Shown: positions 58,984 to 64,000 of the stretch, piece by piece
Layout: each line of letters opens with the position of its first letter
Position numbering within the stretch: the first letter of the stretch is position 1
Assembly: GCA_977862235.1 (NCBI GenBank)
Contig: OZ374560.1
Span: forward strand, 806,001-870,000
Length of the DNA stretch: 64,000 nt
Reading direction: 5' to 3'
Source: Dudresnaya verticillata
Taxonomy: Eukaryota
Program-made: the position numbers and the translations under genes
The notes under the pieces: generated by a model
The model's database searches: none
The model's input: the letters and a program-made list of their open reading frames with translations, nothing else
What the model was told of the DNA's origin: nothing

Positions 58984-61900
58984 ATGTCCCTCCCCGCCCC
59001 GCCCGACCTGCCGTACCAGGCGCGCGCGGTGCACGCCGCGCTGCAGCCGTACCTGCCGTCGCCCGGCGCCGCCGCCCGCCACAGCCGCGAGCTGCGCGCG
59101 GCCGACGCCGCGCTGGTGCGCCTGCAGGCCGCGCTGTCGCTGGCCGCGTCGTCGCCGCCGGCCGCGCCCGTCGCGCTGCTCGACCCGGGCGCCGCGGCCG
59201 ACGTGCGCCACGCGCTGCGCGACCTGCGCGAGGTTGCGGCGCGCGCCGCCGCCGTGCGCTCGCTGGCGCGCCCGCGCATCCGCCCCAACGAGGCCGTGCC
59301 GGCCGCCCCGCCGCACCTGCACCGCTCCGCCAAGCACCACCACCACCACCACCACGCTGCGCCGCCGCCGCCGCCCGCGCGCCCCGCCGCGCTCTCCAGC
59401 CACGACAAGCGCCGGCTGGAGCACGCTGCGAACACCATTGACAATGTCGTGCAGGTCGCCCTGTGGAAGAACCGCGACGCCCTGGCCGCAGTCGCCGCTG
59501 CCCCGCACCATGCCCCCGCAGTCGCCGCCGCGCGCCTCCCGGACGTCCCCGCCCCGCCCCCGCTCGCACCCGCCGCCGTCGCCGCAGCCGCACACCACCA
59601 CCACCACCACCACCACCACCAACAACAACATCCCTCACTCGTCACCGCTGCAAACACGCCCCCAGGCGCAGGCGTCCCTGTCGTCCGAAAACCAAAGGTG
59701 GCACTCGTGCGCCACCGCATGGGCCGCAAGGGCCGCCTCTTCAGCCACGGCGACATGCCCACCGTCCATCGCACCGCGTCACGCCATCACAACAGCGCCG
59801 CAGACCTCAACAACCCCTTGCGCCGCCCTGCCCCCTGGGCCGCAGCCGCCGTCCGCAAATTCCCTTCCGCCGCCGCCGCCGCCGCCGCTGCTGCAGAGCA
59901 GCCCGCCCACGACGTTGTCGTCGTCGTCCAGGAAAAGGGTCCCAAGCCCTCGCTCCCCACCACGTTTGGCCCTTCCTTCAAAACTGCTGCGCCTGGTGCT
60001 GCTGCTGCTGCCTCGCCAATGCCGTCGTTTCACCAGCGCCCCACGGACGCCACCGCCCGCCGCGTCGACAGCACCATGCGCGCAGACGTCCTGCGCCGCC
60101 TCGACTCCAACCGCTTGCCAAACAACCCGCCCGCCCCCAACGCCCGTCCGTGGGAGTTTTCGCTCATCGAGAGCCCCATCACCCCACTCCGCTCGCGCAC
60201 TCTCGAGGCCGCAGAGGATGGCAAGGTTGTCATGGCCATGTGGCGCGGCCTGCGCGTCTCGGTCAAGATCATTCGCCGAGATCGCGCACGCTTTTATCGC
60301 GAGGGCGATTACTTGTACGCCCTGGGTCAGAGCCCCAACATCCCCTCGCTGCTCGGTGGACATTGGGAGGATTCGCCGAAGAAACCCGCCAAACATTCCC
60401 GCCATTCCAAAGTCAGGGCCAAAGTCTCCAAGCGTTCCTCTTCCTCCTCCTCTTCCGCCTCTGCCACAGCTGCTGCCGCTGCTACTGCCGCCGCCTCCGC
60501 TGCAGCTGCAAACGGATCCCATGCCCCAGACCATGGCGACGGCAATGTCGGCTATCTCGTCATGGAGGTTGCCAATGGCGTTAGCTTGGACAAGCTCGTG
60601 CGTGATGGAAAGCTTCCAGATCTCGTGAGCCAAATTCGCGTCCTGGACCGCGTCGTTGCCGCATTGGTCTATGCGCAGAAGATTGATCGTTCCATATCGC
60701 ATCAGGACATTCACCCAGGAAACATCCTACTCGTCCCGTCCACAGCCACAGTCCATGTCCAGAAACCCGGCAGTGGTCGCGGTGTGGCCGGCGGCAGCGG
60801 CACTGTTTTTTCCAACGCTGGCGTTGCAAACGGCAGTTATGTTGCCTCCTTGTCGTCAGCACCATCATCTCCATCTCCATCTTCAGCTCCTTCAGCGGCA
60901 GCAGCAGCATCGCTACCATCATCATCACCTTCCTCTTCCTCCTCCTCACCCTCCTCTTCTTCTCCTCCCTCTTCATCGCCTTCCCTTTCATCGACATCAC
61001 CGCTCATCCCGAGGAAGAGATCAAATCTGTCCACCAAACCCCTCACATCACCTTCAACGGCTGACCCGAGCGATTCAACAATGGATGACAGCTCGACTGC
61101 TGTCAACGTTGTCGATCCACGGCGCTTGTCTGTTCCTCTGCCAAACACGGAGCCTGAACGAGACATTATCATCGACGAGTTTGGTTCCATGCAAAAGAAG
61201 GGCGAGCTAGGAGCGCCCACCTTTGTCCCTCATGTCCCCTTGAAACCAGGCACTGGACCCCGCCAAAAGAGAGTCGCTTCGGATCGGCCTCAAATACCCA
61301 AAGTCGAAGAGGTCGAGGAAGCGTTGACCGTTTTGCAGCGAGTCGCATTGCACAACAAACTGGACGCCGCCGCAATTTCCGAAGCCGACGTCGGCCATGC
61401 TCGAAGGCAAGAGCCTGGTAACAACAGTAACATGCACCATCATAATAATAGTAGCGGCAATCAGAACGACGACAAGGACAAGAACGACAACAACAAGAGC
61501 AAGAACAACAAGGCCGTGGCACCGGCAACAACTCCTTCTCCCCACGTCATTGTCGAGTCAGCCAAGGCCGCACCTCAAGGAAGGCTCTCGCGTTCGTCGA
61601 CCATTGCAGCTTCAATAGGCACGACCACAAGTTCACTCACAAGCACGGATGACCGCCACAAGGGTGGCTCCAGATCCAACGGCTTGCTCACTTCGACAGT
61701 CTCTTCATACACTGTCAAGGTCATGGACTTTGCTCCGGCCTTTGAAGCAGACGGTACAAGGAGGGTGTCGTCTTGGACAATGAACGAGGCAGTCTCGGGT
61801 TATTGTGCACCAGAAAAGGCAACGTCAAACATGTGGCGAAAGATGCAGTACGCCAAAGAAAAGGAGCGTGAGCGTGAAAGAGAGCGAGAACGGGATCGTG

Positions 61901-63765
61901 AGCGCCGTGCCATGATGTCAAGAGGAGTGACAAATGGAAGACATAGCCCAAGACCAGCGTCTTCAAGACGGCGCAGCAGCAATGGCGTCGGCGGAGCCAC
62001 CGTCGCTGTACCTGGATCTCGATCGGGTTCCGGCAGCAGCCACCCTAGGAGAACCTTTGATTCAGAAACGTATGCTCTGTTTGGCGATGACAACCTTGTT
62101 GACATCCCTGAAGCAGATGAGGACGTTGGCGCAGAAACATCAGCACCAACATCACCATCTTCAAATCGGTCTGGGAAGCGGCGGGGGGGCCACCAAGCGA
62201 AAGGAACAGACGCGCCCCGAGAAGAGTTGTTAGCGCGAGATAGACCAGACCGAAACGAAACGGCATGGAATGGCGGCGGTGGCGGCGGATTGAACATAAC
62301 TCCGGAATTCGTTGCTGCAGACCAAGCTGCAATGCTGCATATCAAGCGACCCTCGGATATGTCCAACGGCTCAAGCGGGAAGGATGCAGCCAACGACCGT
62401 CTTTCCAAGATTGATGTGTGGAGCATTGGCTGGTTGCTGTATTACATGACCACGGGCAAGCACCCACCGCGAGACTCTTGGGCTCGGCTGTCGATGACTG
62501 ACTTGAAGGAATTGCGCAACGTGCCCACTGAGCTGCGGGAAATTATTGAGATGTGCATTCAACGAGATGTCAACCAACGCGCATGTATGCGCGACGTGAA
62601 GAGGCAGATTGACAGCATTCTGCAAGGGCTGATGTTTGCAAAGGGATTGGCGCTGCTGGAGACTGAGCGTGAAGCAGCCTTTGTGCTTCTCGACAAGGCT
62701 GTGGGCATCCGGTCGACTCGTACTCGCGGCGTGGCAAGATCTCGTGCGACTTCAACATCAGCGTCCATTTCCGGGGGCGTGGGTGGAGGTTCTGAGGGTC
62801 GCTCGTTGGAAGGGCCATTACACAACAGTGGAGGCTTGGACCAGCTGTCGGAACGGCAAGTATTCGGGCTAAACCAAAAGACGCGGATGGCCCTTGCGTG
62901 CTTGCCTCTTCCCGTTGTGCGGCGTGTAGAGTGGGAAGCAGCTGCGAGATATATGAAGCGGTCGGAGGAAGAACTTGTGCTGTTGCGGAAAGCGCTTGTG
63001 AACGAACGGTGGAGCCGGTCAGACGTGGTGAACGGAGAAGCAGCTGTGGCATACCTTGAGCGACGAAGCAAGGAGGGCGTTGCGTCGGCGCAATCTGCGC
63101 TGGGTTGGATACACCGTTCGGGAGCAGGAGGGATTCGAAAAGACGTGAACGAAGCAGTACGGCTCTGGGAACAGGCCGAGAGTCTCGGCGACGCAGAAGC
63201 TGCCAATGGGTTAGGGTTAGTGTATCATCACGGTCGCGAGGGTCTGAAAGCAGATGGCGAGAAGGCGAAGCGATATTACGAACGTGCGGTGGAAATGGGG
63301 TCGGTATCTGCAGCAGTTAATCTTGGAGTAATGCTGCACAACGGAGCGGCGGGTACGCGAGTGGACGGCGTGGCTGCAAGGCGTCTGTATGAAATGGCGG
63401 TGAAGGGCGGAGACGCGCTCGCTGCAAACAACCTCGGGCTGCTACTGCAGCATGGCGGGCGCGGCGTGCCGCGCAACGCAGCGCGTGGAGTGGAGATGTA
63501 CGAGCTGGCCATCGGGCGCGGCGAGCGACACCACGCTTGTCGCAACCTGGCAGAGCTGCTTTGGGACGGAGCGGACGGCGTGCCGCGCAGCCGCGCCAAC
63601 GCTGTGGAATACTTTCGACAGGCTGTGGAATGCGGCGATACGACGTCGAAGCGCGTGGCCAAGGACAAGCTGCAAAGGCTCGTCGAGAGGGCCGAGCGAA
63701 GTGGTGTCGAGGGCGTCGACCGCGTGCTCTTGGACCGGTGTTGGGGCCTGCTTGAGAAGAGCTGA
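58984..63765 (+). CDS. Atypical protein kinase (TKL-like, split by low-complexity inserts) with C-terminal SEL1 repeats, 1593 aa
   Basis: WRGLRVSVK, YLVME, HQDIHPGNILL, VKVMDFA, YCAPE and DVWSIG, followed by about five SEL1 repeats. Confidence 0.93.
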   Translation: MSLPAPPDLPYQARAVHAALQPYLPSPGAAARHSRELRAADAALVRLQAALSLAASSPPAAPVALLDPGAAADVRHALRDLREVAARAAAVRSLARPRIRPNEAVPAAPPHLHRSAKHHHHHHHAAPPPPPARPAALSSHDKRRLEHAANTIDNVVQVALWKNRDALAAVAAAPHHAPAVAAARLPDVPAPPPLAPAAVAAAAHHHHHHHHHQQQHPSLVTAANTPPGAGVPVVRKPKVALVRHRMGRKGRLFSHGDMPTVHRTASRHHNSAADLNNPLRRPAPWAAAAVRKFPSAAAAAAAAAEQPAHDVVVVVQEKGPKPSLPTTFGPSFKTAAPGAAAAASPMPSFHQRPTDATARRVDSTMRADVLRRLDSNRLPNNPPAPNARPWEFSLIESPITPLRSRTLEAAEDGKVVMAMWRGLRVSVKIIRRDRARFYREGDYLYALGQSPNIPSLLGGHWEDSPKKPAKHSRHSKVRAKVSKRSSSSSSSASATAAAAATAAASAAAANGSHAPDHGDGNVGYLVMEVANGVSLDKLVRDGKLPDLVSQIRVLDRVVAALVYAQKIDRSISHQDIHPGNILLVPSTATVHVQKPGSGRGVAGGSGTVFSNAGVANGSYVASLSSAPSSPSPSSAPSAAAAASLPSSSPSSSSSSPSSSSPPSSSPSLSSTSPLIPRKRSNLSTKPLTSPSTADPSDSTMDDSSTAVNVVDPRRLSVPLPNTEPERDIIIDEFGSMQKKGELGAPTFVPHVPLKPGTGPRQKRVASDRPQIPKVEEVEEALTVLQRVALHNKLDAAAISEADVGHARRQEPGNNSNMHHHNNSSGNQNDDKDKNDNNKSKNNKAVAPATTPSPHVIVESAKAAPQGRLSRSSTIAASIGTTTSSLTSTDDRHKGGSRSNGLLTSTVSSYTVKVMDFAPAFEADGTRRVSSWTMNEAVSGYCAPEKATSNMWRKMQYAKEKERERERERERDRERRAMMSRGVTNGRHSPRPASSRRRSSNGVGGATVAVPGSRSGSGSSHPRRTFDSETYALFGDDNLVDIPEADEDVGAETSAPTSPSSNRSGKRRGGHQAKGTDAPREELLARDRPDRNETAWNGGGGGGLNITPEFVAADQAAMLHIKRPSDMSNGSSGKDAANDRLSKIDVWSIGWLLYYMTTGKHPPRDSWARLSMTDLKELRNVPTELREIIEMCIQRDVNQRACMRDVKRQIDSILQGLMFAKGLALLETEREAAFVLLDKAVGIRSTRTRGVARSRATSTSASISGGVGGGSEGRSLEGPLHNSGGLDQLSERQVFGLNQKTRMALACLPLPVVRRVEWEAAARYMKRSEEELVLLRKALVNERWSRSDVVNGEAAVAYLERRSKEGVASAQSALGWIHRSGAGGIRKDVNEAVRLWEQAESLGDAEAANGLGLVYHHGREGLKADGEKAKRYYERAVEMGSVSAAVNLGVMLHNGAAGTRVDGVAARRLYEMAVKGGDALAANNLGLLLQHGGRGVPRNAARGVEMYELAIGRGERHHACRNLAELLWDGADGVPRSRANAVEYFRQAVECGDTTSKRVAKDKLQRLVERAERSGVEGVDRVLLDRCWGLLEKS

Positions 63766-64000
63766 GAGCAGAGCATTTGGTGTAGATTTCTTGCCGTCTC
63801 GCTTTCTCTCTCTCTCTCTCTCTCGCTCGCTCGCTCTCTCTTCCTCGCTTTTTGTTTTGGAATCGTCTCGTCGGGTTCGCGGCGTGGTGATGGGTATGGT
63901 AATAAAGGAGTTTGTACTTTGTAAGGTTATATAACTGCTGTTTGGGGCTGCACTTTGCATCGCGAGGGACGGTGCAGGCGAGATACACTCGAGAGCGCAT

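Noticed and set aside
43709..60714. Many long overlapping or antisense ORFs (e.g. 47449-50304 -, 43709-45022 +, 52108-53844 -, 58865-60628 +)
   Set aside because: These are Arg/Ala/Pro-rich shadow frames caused by extreme GC content and stop-codon scarcity opposite or beside real genes.

Overview
Eukaryotic genomic DNA, most consistent with a florideophyte red alga (Gracilaria/Chondrus-like). This is inferred from mostly intronless genes, short GT-AG introns with CTAAC/CTGAC branch points, and a TE-rich block next to a GC-rich gene cluster. About 1-43.7 kb is moderate-GC and rich in mobile DNA: an intact young Ty3/Gypsy chromovirus (identical 216-bp LTRs, AGAAG TSD), a second disabled and truncated Gypsy, one clear and one weak tyrosine-recombinase relic, an internally deleted hAT transposon and a long foldback. 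A few host genes sit among these: a defensin-like prepropeptide, mitoribosomal mS23, ISD11/LYRM4 and a secreted Cys-repeat S1 protease. About 43.7-64 kb is a very GC-rich, gene-dense cluster: a WD40 protein, a spliced secreted His-brace LPMO-like protein with an unknown 10-Cys tail, an LRR-like protein, a CaaX protein apparently starting at ACG, a GDDGT-repeat secreted protein, and a tandem SEL1 / kinase-SEL1 paralog pair. The top candidates for novelty are the LPMO-like gene, whose N-terminal His only appears after splicing, and the defensin-like precursor. All family assignments are by motif recognition by eye; no searches were run.
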